DNA from: a virus
DNA length: 64,000 nucleotides
Reading direction: 5' to 3' (one strand)
Virus record (IMG/VR): IMGVR_UViG_3300007513_000010
The translations under genes were made by a program, and so were the position numbers. This document shows, piece after piece, positions 48,238 to 56,393 of the stretch (within the stretch, counting starts at the first letter, position 1; every line of letters starts with the position of its first letter). The notes below the pieces were generated by a model. The model was not told the origin of the DNA, made no database searches, and saw nothing but the letters and a program-made list of their open reading frames with translations.

Positions 48238-48590
48238 GTTTATTATATTTTGTATTAATTGCTTTTGGGTTTACTCAGATTATAGTATATGGGAAGATTT
48301 TAGATAAAGTTCGCCCTACACGAGGGTGGTTTGCAGAGCTTTTATCCTGTCCTATGTGTGTGGGTTTTCATGTTGGTTGGATTTTGTGGTTGTTTAACGA
48401 TTATACTGAACTATTTACTTATGATTATAGTTTGGCGACGGGATTCGGTTTGGCATGTTTGAGCTCAGGTACAAGTTATATATTAAACATGATCTTTGGA
48501 GATTGTGGCATAAAGATTGATTTAGGAGGTAAACATGAGACCATTGACAAAAATAAGATGGATGATTCGACCGGTCGCCAATTGTTGTAA
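48234..48590 (+). CDS. DUF1360-like membrane protein with CxxC
   Basis: Hydrophobic segments flank ELLSCPMCVGFHVG, the DUF1360-type motif. Confidence 0.65.
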   Translation: MSLLYFVLIAFGFTQIIVYGKILDKVRPTRGWFAELLSCPMCVGFHVGWILWLFNDYTELFTYDYSLATGFGLACLSSGTSYILNMIFGDCGIKIDLGGKHETIDKNKMDDSTGRQLL

Positions 48591-48600
48591 AGGATCATAG
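48535..48600 (+). CDS. Putative 21-aa peptide MRPLTKIRWMIRPVANCCKGS (absent from the ORF track)
   Basis: AGGAGGT at 48524-48530 precedes ATG 48535. ACTATTTA at 48410-48417 upstream. A GC hairpin with T run follows the stop. Confidence 0.5.
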   Translation: MRPLTKIRWMIRPVANCCKGS

Positions 48601-48605
48601 TTGAT

Positions 48606-48624
48606 GCGGGTGGCCCCCGCTTTT
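48606..48624 (+). terminator. Short hairpin GCGGG-N5-CCCGC followed by TTTT
   Basis: 5-bp GC stem and a T4 tail. Weak terminator or processing site. Confidence 0.35.
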
Positions 48625-48646
48625 AGAGTTGGAGTATTTATAAGAG

Positions 48647-49249
48647 ATGAAACTGTTAAGAGAATATTACGAATTATGTGAAGGTGGTATATGCCAGGAT
48701 TTGCTAACTGAAGACGAAAAACGTCGAGTGGCAAATGGTGCTATTATCTTATCGGGTGTTATGCAGATGGCTGAAACTCAAAATGGCAATGGTCGCATAT
48801 ATCCCCGAAGTGTCCTGATGAGAGAGGTCAAAAATTATAAGAAAATGGTGGAAGAGAGGAGAGCCTTGGGAGAATTAGATCACCCAGATTCTTCTGTTAT
48901 AAACTTGGCTAACTGTTCTCACTTGGTCACAGAGATTTGGTCGGATGGGGACAAGGTCATGGGAAAGATAGAAGTTTTGAACACTCCTTCTGGAAATGTA
49001 TTGAAGTCTTTGATAACAGCCGGCGTAAAGTTGGGAATTTCTTCAAGGGGAATGGGCTCAGTTAAAGAATCAAATGGTGCGACCATGGTCGAAGATGATT
49101 TCACTTTAATTTGTTTTGATATGGTTTCGGATCCTTCCACCCCAGGCGCTTTTATGATGAAGGAGGCCCGCGAGAAGCCGAATATATTTACAAAAGCAGA
49201 CAAAATTAGCAGATCTTTGAATGAGATATTATATAAGCGTGAAAAATGA
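48647..49249 (+). CDS. Prohead protease (T4 gp21-like)
   Basis: NGNGRIYP, ALGELDHP, GISSRGMGS and FDMVSDPSTPGAF. Confidence 0.95.
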   Translation: MKLLREYYELCEGGICQDLLTEDEKRRVANGAIILSGVMQMAETQNGNGRIYPRSVLMREVKNYKKMVEERRALGELDHPDSSVINLANCSHLVTEIWSDGDKVMGKIEVLNTPSGNVLKSLITAGVKLGISSRGMGSVKESNGATMVEDDFTLICFDMVSDPSTPGAFMMKEAREKPNIFTKADKISRSLNEILYKREK

Positions 49250-49668
49250 AGAAATCAGAACTTAAAGAAATGATAAAAGACTGTGTGAAGGAGGTTCTTT
49301 TTGAGGAGGGGACGCTTTCGACAATTATTGCAGAAGTTGCTTATGGGCTTACTTCCGCAAGGTCTTTGGTGGAAAAGCAAAACACTGTGGAGGTTGTGCA
49401 GCCTGCAAAAGACAATTCTCTTAATTTGTCGCAGCAGGCTCAGCGCAAAAAACTAGAAGAGACGAAAAAAAAGATGCTGGACGCTATAGGAAACTCTTCA
49501 ATGAAGGGGATCTTTGAGGGGACAGAACCTTTGAGATCTGGTGGTGCTCCGAACTCAGAAACTTCACCTTCTTCGCCGCTTTCACATATTGCACCGGGCG
49601 ACGCGGGTGTTGATATATCTGGAATCTTAAACATTGCAGGGTCTAGCTGGGAAAGGTTAAAAAAATAG
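49246..49668 (+). CDS. Hypothetical head-region protein (MKKSELKEMIKDCVKEVLFEE)
   Basis: ATGA overlap with the protease gene. Confidence 0.65.
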   Translation: MKKSELKEMIKDCVKEVLFEEGTLSTIIAEVAYGLTSARSLVEKQNTVEVVQPAKDNSLNLSQQAQRKKLEETKKKMLDAIGNSSMKGIFEGTEPLRSGGAPNSETSPSSPLSHIAPGDAGVDISGILNIAGSSWERLKK

Positions 49669-49677
49669 GATTGTATA

Positions 49678-49902
49678 ATGGCAAAGCCAGTTCATGTTGA
49701 AGTATATATAAGAGACCAAGAGCAGTTTGCGAGAATGTTGAAGAAGTTTACGAGAAAGGTTAAGAAATCTGGCATTCTGGATGAAGTAAGAGAAAGAAGA
49801 CACTACACCAAAAAGTCAGAAAAGAGAAGATTGAAGAGGGCAAACAAAAAAAGACGCTCTCAAGAGTCAACAAATAAGCACAAAGAAAAGTTTAAAGACT
49901 AG
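49678..49902 (+). CDS. rpsU: Phage-encoded ribosomal protein bS21
   Basis: 74 aa and basic. FARMLKKFTRKVKKSGILDEVRERRHYTKKSEKRR matches the S21 pattern (L++F++.V.+.G+L.E.+.R.+Y.KPS.+R+). Confidence 0.88.
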   Translation: MAKPVHVEVYIRDQEQFARMLKKFTRKVKKSGILDEVRERRHYTKKSEKRRLKRANKKRRSQESTNKHKEKFKD

Positions 49903-49927
49903 TTATACAATAGGAGAATAGTTTAAG

Positions 49928-50350
49928 ATGGCAGCAAGCACAAGCTCAGGATTTCATACACACAGTAGTTGGGGTAGAACGAGAAGACCAAAAAATATCG
50001 CAGGTGCAGATAAGACAGCGGTTGTTCACGTAGCATCCATTGCCGCGGCAAAGGCAATAACGGACGCCCAAATCGCGGCCGGCTCGACTAGTTTAGCTAA
50101 ATCAGCAAGTGGCGTGTATTCAACACAAAATCAAAGGTTTTTGCACTTAATTTCTAGCACCAATGGGACAGTTGTGAACGTTTGGGTTTTTCACTACGCC
50201 TCCGGTAAATGGTCTGAGTTGTTGATAGGCGCCGAAACTGTAACGCTTGCGGCAGCTAAAACAAAAATTATAGAAATCGCTGGGGCCGATTTAGTAGCAT
50301 TCAACGTCACTAATGCTTCGGATGTTCATGCCGCCTGTTCTACCTTCTAA
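49928..50350 (+). CDS. Hypothetical protein
   Basis: AGGAG RBS. ACTAGTTA at 49898-49905 upstream. Confidence 0.65.
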   Translation: MAASTSSGFHTHSSWGRTRRPKNIAGADKTAVVHVASIAAAKAITDAQIAAGSTSLAKSASGVYSTQNQRFLHLISSTNGTVVNVWVFHYASGKWSELLIGAETVTLAAAKTKIIEIAGADLVAFNVTNASDVHAACSTF

Positions 50351-50370
50351 ATTTTACTTCTTTTTATAAA

Positions 50371-50385
50371 ACTAGTTACTAATTA
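50371..50385 (+). promoter_or_regulatory. Overlapping ACTAGTTA/ACTAATTA motifs upstream of the scaffold-capsid operon
   Basis: Intergenic ACTANTTA at 50371-50378 and 50378-50385. Confidence 0.55.
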
Positions 50386-50440
50386 TAAGAGAATACTCTT
50401 TTTTGTATACGTATATTGAATTTCAGGAGTTAGTAATTAT

Positions 50441-51607
50441 ATGTCTTCGTTACTAGAAAAGGCTATTGTTGATGCAAAAGCTTTAAAAGAGGCTGCATTG
50501 AAAAATGCTGAGAATATTGTTATAGAGAAATATTCTCAAGAAGTCAAAAGTGCCATGAACACCCTTCTCGAGCAAGAAGCCGACCCAATGGCCGACCCAA
50601 TGGCCGACCCAATGGCCGATCCAATGGGTGATCCCGAAGCGACCGAAGATGACGACACCGGAGCAGATTATATTGAAGACATTCCAGACGGTTTTCGGGC
50701 CGACCCCGAAGATGATAGACTTATACGAATTAACTTAGACCAGCTTGAGGCAGATTTTGATGATCTGGCCGACGAAAAAGAGTTGGCAGACTTAGAAAAG
50801 TATGTACATCCAGACGGCGATGATCAGATGGAGATAGGTCTTGAAGATTTGGAAGATCTTTCTGCAGAAGAAGACTTTGGCATGGGTGACGATATGGGGT
50901 TCGATACGGAAGTTGCGCCAGATGCAGCCGCCACTGATGTTGCTCCCGCTCCCGAAGCAGGCGGCCTTCCCCCGCTGCAAGAAGAGGTGGACGTCGACTT
51001 GAACATGCTTTATGAAGAATTAAACACCGCAAGCATTCCGAAAGAAACTGATACGGGCTGGGCAGGAAGCGCAGATCCCGATGCAGAAGACAGGCTCAAA
51101 GCCCGGGATGCAGGCGCTAATGGTGACGCGTGCAAGAAGTGCTCCGGAGAAGATGATGACGCTCCGTGTACCTGTCCCAAAGAAGACTCAAAAGAAATAC
51201 AAAAAGAAAATATTATTTTAGGCAAAGCAGCTTTGAAATTTCGTAAAGAAAACAAGAAACTCAAATCTGTTTTGAAGACTTTGCAAGAAAAGTTGGAACA
51301 AGTGAATGTCTCCAACGCGAAGCTATTATATATCAATCAGACTTTAGAAAACCCCTCCTTGAATGAGCGACAAAAACAAAAAGTTGTCGAAGCGATTTCC
51401 AAAACTGATTCGGTACAAGAAGCGAAAACTATTTTTGAAACACTTAAACATGCAGTGGGAACAACAACAAAACAAACTGTTCCAGATTCGCTGAATGAAG
51501 TTGCAAGTAGGAAATCGTCGCTATTAATTGCTGCTAGACAGCAAACAAAAGAGGACGCTGGAAATCCTTTCTTCGATAGAATGAGAAAACTAGCAGGTAT
51601 AACATAA
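50441..51607 (+). CDS. Prohead core/scaffolding protein (gp22-like position)
   Basis: Very acidic middle, C-terminal coiled coil, ends RMRKLAGI. Directly upstream of the major capsid gene. Confidence 0.8.
   Translation: MSSLLEKAIVDAKALKEAALKNAENIVIEKYSQEVKSAMNTLLEQEADPMADPMADPMADPMGDPEATEDDDTGADYIEDIPDGFRADPEDDRLIRINLDQLEADFDDLADEKELADLEKYVHPDGDDQMEIGLEDLEDLSAEEDFGMGDDMGFDTEVAPDAAATDVAPAPEAGGLPPLQEEVDVDLNMLYEELNTASIPKETDTGWAGSADPDAEDRLKARDAGANGDACKKCSGEDDDAPCTCPKEDSKEIQKENIILGKAALKFRKENKKLKSVLKTLQEKLEQVNVSNAKLLYINQTLENPSLNERQKQKVVEAISKTDSVQEAKTIFETLKHAVGTTTKQTVPDSLNEVASRKSSLLIAARQQTKEDAGNPFFDRMRKLAGIT
50579..50635 (+). repeat. 12-bp tandem repeat GCCGA(C/T)CCAATG x4 plus partial (ADPM repeat)
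   Basis: Directly visible in the sequence. Confidence 0.95.
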
Positions 51608-51639
51608 AAAAATAAAGAATTTAAGGAGGTTACTATACC

Positions 51640-53580
51640 ATGTCTGTTTTACAGAAATTAACTGAAGGTATTGTTTCTCGTGACGTTGGTCGCGAGGGTG
51701 AAGCACTACTTTCTAAGTGGCAAAAGACTGGTCTTTTAGAAGGACTAGACACTGGCCGCAATAAGCAATCCATGGCCGTTCTCCTGGAGAACCAGGCCAA
51801 AGAGCTTCTTCGTGAGGCTTCTTCAATGTCTGCAGGTGATGTCGAAGGCTTCGCCGCAGTTGCATTCCCAATCGTTCGTCGTGTATTCGGTGGATTGATT
51901 GCAAACGACCTTGTGTCAGTTCAGCCAATGAGCTTGCCATCTGGTCTTATCTTTTTCCTTGACTTTGTCCACAGCCCGGATACTCGTGCGAATGTCCGTG
52001 CCGACCGCGGTGACTCTGTTTATGGCGGCAACGTCGTAGCTCGAGCCGTGACTGGTGGAGTCGATTTGGAACTAAGCACCACGACGGCCGAGCAATCCGG
52101 ACCCGGTGGGTTTTACGATCTCAATACTGGTCGTACGCATACCACAGGCGCTATCAACGCCGCGGACTCGGAGGGCTTTCAGTTCCTTAATACTCCCGCC
52201 ATCGGCACCCTCGCGGCCGGCGGCGCCTTGATCTCTGCACTAACCGAAGCAGAAAAGAAGATCATTGATTATGATCCAGACATTTTGGACCTTGGGGCAA
52301 AAGACTCCACAGCTAGAATTTTGGTTCTTGATGGAGCAGATGACGTAGACGGCGGAACCATGGGCCGACACCTCGTGGGTCTAAATAAAGACGCTTTAAC
52401 AGCCATAGATCTTCAGCGTGACGACAACGGCCACATTGTGGTTTATGATGCCTCCACGAATGACACCCATCGTCTTATGGGCGCTGCAGCCACTGAGCCA
52501 GTTCAGCTTGTTCGGCGATTAACTAAATTGCAAAAAGTTGGCGGTAAGGACTACGTGAGGTTCGTCTTGGTTTGCGGCTCAACGATCATGGTCGATGCCT
52601 CAGCCGGCCAGAACGGCGCCGGCGACGCGCCGCTCGTGTTGCATGTCGACCGCGCTGACACCCGTGATGCAGCCCTCGATGATGCTGACAACTTTGGTAT
52701 TCGATTTCCAATTTCAGATCAGTTTGTTTCGGGTGGTGATCCATCCGGCTTGGGTGCAGTTGCTGGTTCTTCTTCAGCTCAGGGCTGGGAACTCGAAGGA
52801 AGCGAAGATATGGCTGAGATCGATATCAAGGTCGACTCTATCGCCGTAACTGCTCAGACTAAGAAACTCAAGGCTAAGTGGACTCCTGAGTTGGGTCAAG
52901 ATCTCAACGCATACCACAACCTTGACGCAGAAGTAGAGCTAACGGGCATCCTTTCAGAGCAGATTGCTTTGGAAATTGACCGTGAAATTCTTGGAGATCT
53001 AGTCCAGGGAGCTACAGCCGGCACTCGCTACTGGAGCCGCGCCCCGGGCCTCTTTGTTGACGCACAGGGCCAGGAACTTGGCGCAACCTCTGCAGCACCT
53101 GACTTTACTGGTACTGTTAGTGAGTGGTATGAGACGCTCATTGAAACTATCAACGATGTTAGTGCTCAGATTCATAGAAAGACGCTCCGCGGAGGCGCAA
53201 ACTTTGTTGTTTGTTCCCCTGAGGTTGCAAACATTCTTGAGTTCACGAGCGGCTTTCGCGCAAGTGTTGTTGCAGACCAGGATAAGGGCACTATTGGCGC
53301 CCTAAAGACTGGTTCGCTCAGTAAGAAGTTTGATGTTTTTGTTGACCCTTACTTCCTGCGAAATGTGATCCTTGTGGGTCGCAAGGGAAGCTCCTTCCTT
53401 GAGAGTGGCTATGTGTACGCCCCGTATGTACCGCTGCAGGTCACTCCTACCATCTTCGGTGTCGAAGACTTCGTGCCTCGCAAGGGTGTGATGACTCGAT
53501 ACGCTAAGCAGATGGTTCGTCCCGACTTGTATGGCATCGTCATCGTACGAGGCTTGCTTGGTGAGGCCGGCGCTAGTTAA
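51640..53580 (+). CDS. Major capsid protein (T4 gp23-like) with large insertion
   Basis: KWQKTGLLEGL, LVSVQPMSLPSGLIFFLDF, KLKAKWTPELGQDLNAYH.LDAEVEL, EIDREIL, YAPYVPL and GVMTRY. AAGGAGGT RBS. Confidence 0.97.
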   Translation: MSVLQKLTEGIVSRDVGREGEALLSKWQKTGLLEGLDTGRNKQSMAVLLENQAKELLREASSMSAGDVEGFAAVAFPIVRRVFGGLIANDLVSVQPMSLPSGLIFFLDFVHSPDTRANVRADRGDSVYGGNVVARAVTGGVDLELSTTTAEQSGPGGFYDLNTGRTHTTGAINAADSEGFQFLNTPAIGTLAAGGALISALTEAEKKIIDYDPDILDLGAKDSTARILVLDGADDVDGGTMGRHLVGLNKDALTAIDLQRDDNGHIVVYDASTNDTHRLMGAAATEPVQLVRRLTKLQKVGGKDYVRFVLVCGSTIMVDASAGQNGAGDAPLVLHVDRADTRDAALDDADNFGIRFPISDQFVSGGDPSGLGAVAGSSSAQGWELEGSEDMAEIDIKVDSIAVTAQTKKLKAKWTPELGQDLNAYHNLDAEVELTGILSEQIALEIDREILGDLVQGATAGTRYWSRAPGLFVDAQGQELGATSAAPDFTGTVSEWYETLIETINDVSAQIHRKTLRGGANFVVCSPEVANILEFTSGFRASVVADQDKGTIGALKTGSLSKKFDVFVDPYFLRNVILVGRKGSSFLESGYVYAPYVPLQVTPTIFGVEDFVPRKGVMTRYAKQMVRPDLYGIVIVRGLLGEAGAS

Positions 53581-53602
53581 TATTTGACTAGCTAGCAAAT
53601 TT

Positions 53603-53640
53603 AAAGCCCCTTCATTAATTTGAAGGGGCTTTTTGTTTTT
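53603..53640 (+). terminator. Intrinsic terminator after the major capsid gene
   Basis: AAAGCCCCTTCA-TTAATT-TGAAGGGGCTTT followed by a T run. Confidence 0.9.
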
Positions 53641-53645
53641 AGGAA

Positions 53646-53653
53646 ACTATTTA
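53646..53653 (+). promoter_or_regulatory. ACTATTTA motif
   Basis: Immediately after the terminator and before gene 53720. Confidence 0.65.
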
Positions 53654-53719
53654 CAGTATAGATAAGGATAAGGCGATTTATGCCTTGAAAATTTAAAGCA
53701 TAAAAAGGAGATCATTTAA

Positions 53720-54133
53720 ATGAGTAAATTAGGAAGATATAGTGCGGATAGAAAGAAGATTGAGGCACTCTCAGCAGCAAAGAATGTTGAAGTTGCAGAT
53801 TGCGGAACTATCTTCATGGCGGGTAACTTTACAGGCGCGATCGTTTTACCAGCAGCATCAGCAGCAGGAAAAGGCTGGTGGTGTAAGATTGTTATGTCGG
53901 CAAATCTCACTGCAGGTAACATTACTGTAGATTTGACAGGCTCTGATACAATTGAGCTTGTGGCTTCTGCCGCAGTCGACGGTGCAACGGTTGTTCTCAC
54001 CGGTGGCACTGCTCAGGTTAACATCATCGACGATGTAGCACTAAAAGGTGATCAGTTGGAGATTTTTACAGACGGTACCTCTTGGTACGCTCTTGGGTGC
54101 GTTGCTGTAGCAACTGCTCTCACAACCTCTTAA
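53720..54133 (+). CDS. Small beta-rich protein, possible capsid decoration protein
   Basis: Forms its own promoter-terminator unit right after the capsid gene. AAGGAG RBS. IVLPAA...G pattern. Confidence 0.55.
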   Translation: MSKLGRYSADRKKIEALSAAKNVEVADCGTIFMAGNFTGAIVLPAASAAGKGWWCKIVMSANLTAGNITVDLTGSDTIELVASAAVDGATVVLTGGTAQVNIIDDVALKGDQLEIFTDGTSWYALGCVAVATALTTS

Positions 54134-54155
54134 TAAATAATAACTTCGCCTTATC

Positions 54156-54199
54156 AATAGAATCAGCCCCAAGTCTTATGGCTTGGGGTTTTCTATTTT
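54156..54199 (+). terminator. Intrinsic terminator
   Basis: AGCCCCAAGTC-TTAT-GGCTTGGGGTT followed by Ts. The stem can extend through AATAGAA/TTCTATT. Confidence 0.8.
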
Positions 54200-54240
54200 A
54201 TGAAACTACTTATTATATAGCCTAGACAAAGGAGTTTATA

Positions 54241-54675
54241 ATGGGCAAGAGAAACAAGAGACTTACAAGAGCAAAATATGCGAAGAAATATGCAGCGATT
54301 CGCGAAACGATCGCAAGATTAACAGGATCCACAGTCGAGGTCGTCGACGCGATAGTGGAGGATTCCCCTGAAATCATCGAGCCGGCACTCGAAACCGTCG
54401 AAGAAGCACTAGCTAGCATTCCGAATGCTTTAGTACAGATAAAGGAAACAACCACGACAGATAACACGAACAATGAATCGGCCACAACAGAAACGAACAA
54501 CGAAACGGCTGAAACAGAGACGGTGACAAGGCCAACGACGACTACGAAGAAAGCAACGACCACAAAGAGAGTTGCGACACCAAAGAAGACTAGTACAAAA
54601 AAGCGCACAAACACTAACAAGACAAACACAACTCGTCGCACAACGAGAAAAACTAAAGCAGCTGCGAAAGCTTGA
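54241..54675 (+). CDS. Low-complexity Thr/Lys-rich protein with basic termini
   Basis: AAGGAG RBS. ACTACTTA at 54205-54212 upstream. Confidence 0.65.
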   Translation: MGKRNKRLTRAKYAKKYAAIRETIARLTGSTVEVVDAIVEDSPEIIEPALETVEEALASIPNALVQIKETTTTDNTNNESATTETNNETAETETVTRPTTTTKKATTTKRVATPKKTSTKKRTNTNKTNTTRRTTRKTKAAAKA

Positions 54676-54743
54676 GGCTTTTATTGAGTCCGTTAACTAT
54701 TTAGTTTGATAACATTCTTTATAAACAAGCGAGGACTCAATGA

Positions 54744-56378
54744 ATGTCGGTACCTGTTCTTACTCCATCAAGCGCAATTAGTGCAGTAACACTTCCTGCA
54801 ACAGGAAGCTTTGCAAACGTCGATGCACATGTTCCATATAGAATATATTCAGATGAATCGGCACCCCTTTATTCATCGATGTTTGTTTCTGGTGCAACAG
54901 AGCAAGTATCCTATGTTTATAAGAAATTGGGTGGCGATGTACTTGATATAGAGTTGACTGAGGGGAGCGTCTATTCCGCTTACGAAGAGGCAGTACTAGA
55001 ATACTCTTATATATTAAACTTACACCAAGCAAATAACGTCATTTCTGATGTTTTGGGCAACTCTACTGGATCCTTTGATCATAAGGGGAATCTGATGTCG
55101 GGCTCTGATCTGTATGCATCTCTTGATGGTCAACATGTTGCGCTTAAGTATCCTCTTTTTGATTATGCCATGGCTCGACGCGTCAGTGAGGGCATCTCCG
55201 CAGAAATAGGACTTAAAGGCAGCAACAATCATTATTCTGCATCCTTTGCAGTGACTGATGGAATTCAGGACTACAATTTGCAGACGATTTTGGACAACGA
55301 GGACGGCACTGCTGCCACCGCTACAATAACCGTTACATCAGATGCCGATGCAGCGGGGCTCAATGGGGACTCTTTTAAGCTAGTCGACTCTCAAGGTCGA
55401 GTAGCAAAATTTACTTTTGATTCTACGACAGCAGAAACGGTAAATGGCAGAATAGGGTTGAACGGGGTGGCAGACGTTGGCCCCATTTCTATAGCCATAA
55501 TGAATGCAATAAATGACTCGAGTGTTAATCTAAAGGTTACAGCAACCAATCCCAGCCCGGGCACACTTACACTTACGCAAGATATAGCAGGCACGGTAGG
55601 GAACAAATCAGTTGATTTTTCAGGGGTTACAGATATTTCTTCAACAGACTTCACTTCAGGCGCCGGGTCTGAATATGTCGGAAGAATTAATGGCCGAAAA
55701 ATACTAATAACCAAGGTTTATTATAAGACTCCGGCCGCAATGTGGAGGTTCTTTGGCTATTATGGGGGGTTAAACGTAGTTGGAAACCTCCATAACTATG
55801 GGCAATTTTCAGATGATTCCTCCTTTCAACTTGTGCCAACGTGGCAAAACAAGCAACAATCTTTAGCATTTGAGGATGCGATTTACACTAGGATGTCTCA
55901 TTATTCGTATGAGATAAGGAATAATTCTACAATAAGATTATATCCTATACCATCGGCACACACGCCCGATCACATGTGGATAGAGTTTACTGTACCATCT
56001 GACGTTTGGGAATCGGAGGATACACAGACCGGCGGCGTAAACAATTTGAACACAATTCCTTTGGGTAATTTGCCATTTGAAAATATAAACTCGATAGGAA
56101 AGCAATGGATTCGAAGATTTGCCCTAGCATTGTGTAAAGAGACTTTGGGGCAAGTTAGGAGTAAGTTTAATTCTATCCCTGTACCTGGGGACAGCATAAC
56201 GCTGAATGGTACGGCTTTATTATCAGAGGGCAAAGAAGAGCAAGAGAAACTTAGAACCGAACTCAAGGAGACTTTGGCAGAAATGACATATAGTAAGCTT
56301 GCAGGTGATGATGCTACGTTAATAGAAAATTCACAGAAAGTTATGACCCAGGTACCAAACTATATATTTGTAGGATAA
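54744..56378 (+). CDS. Neck/head-tail adaptor (gp13-like) with inserted sheath-like module (55311-55667)
   Basis: KKLGGDVLDIEL near the N-terminus. WIRRFALALCKETLGQVRSKF..IPVPG..ITLNG..L..EG.EE near the C-terminus. ACTATTTA at 54696-54703. Confidence 0.8.
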   Translation: MSVPVLTPSSAISAVTLPATGSFANVDAHVPYRIYSDESAPLYSSMFVSGATEQVSYVYKKLGGDVLDIELTEGSVYSAYEEAVLEYSYILNLHQANNVISDVLGNSTGSFDHKGNLMSGSDLYASLDGQHVALKYPLFDYAMARRVSEGISAEIGLKGSNNHYSASFAVTDGIQDYNLQTILDNEDGTAATATITVTSDADAAGLNGDSFKLVDSQGRVAKFTFDSTTAETVNGRIGLNGVADVGPISIAIMNAINDSSVNLKVTATNPSPGTLTLTQDIAGTVGNKSVDFSGVTDISSTDFTSGAGSEYVGRINGRKILITKVYYKTPAAMWRFFGYYGGLNVVGNLHNYGQFSDDSSFQLVPTWQNKQQSLAFEDAIYTRMSHYSYEIRNNSTIRLYPIPSAHTPDHMWIEFTVPSDVWESEDTQTGGVNNLNTIPLGNLPFENINSIGKQWIRRFALALCKETLGQVRSKFNSIPVPGDSITLNGTALLSEGKEEQEKLRTELKETLAEMTYSKLAGDDATLIENSQKVMTQVPNYIFVG

Positions 56379-56393
56379 TGAGGTTCTAATAGC

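Noticed and set aside
48598-48624. TAG plus hairpin as a pyrrolysine/selenocysteine read-through signal
   Set aside because: Read-through would give a short product out of frame with the protease. The hairpin with T run fits a weak terminator better.
50579-50635. Tandem repeat as a possible CRISPR array
   Set aside because: 12-bp in-frame units with no spacers; it encodes ADPM.
36985-53580. Inteins or introns in primase, terminase, portal or capsid genes
   Set aside because: No C...HN-(C/S/T) splice motifs, homing-endonuclease motifs or frame breaks seen. The inserted virion modules also lack intein termini.
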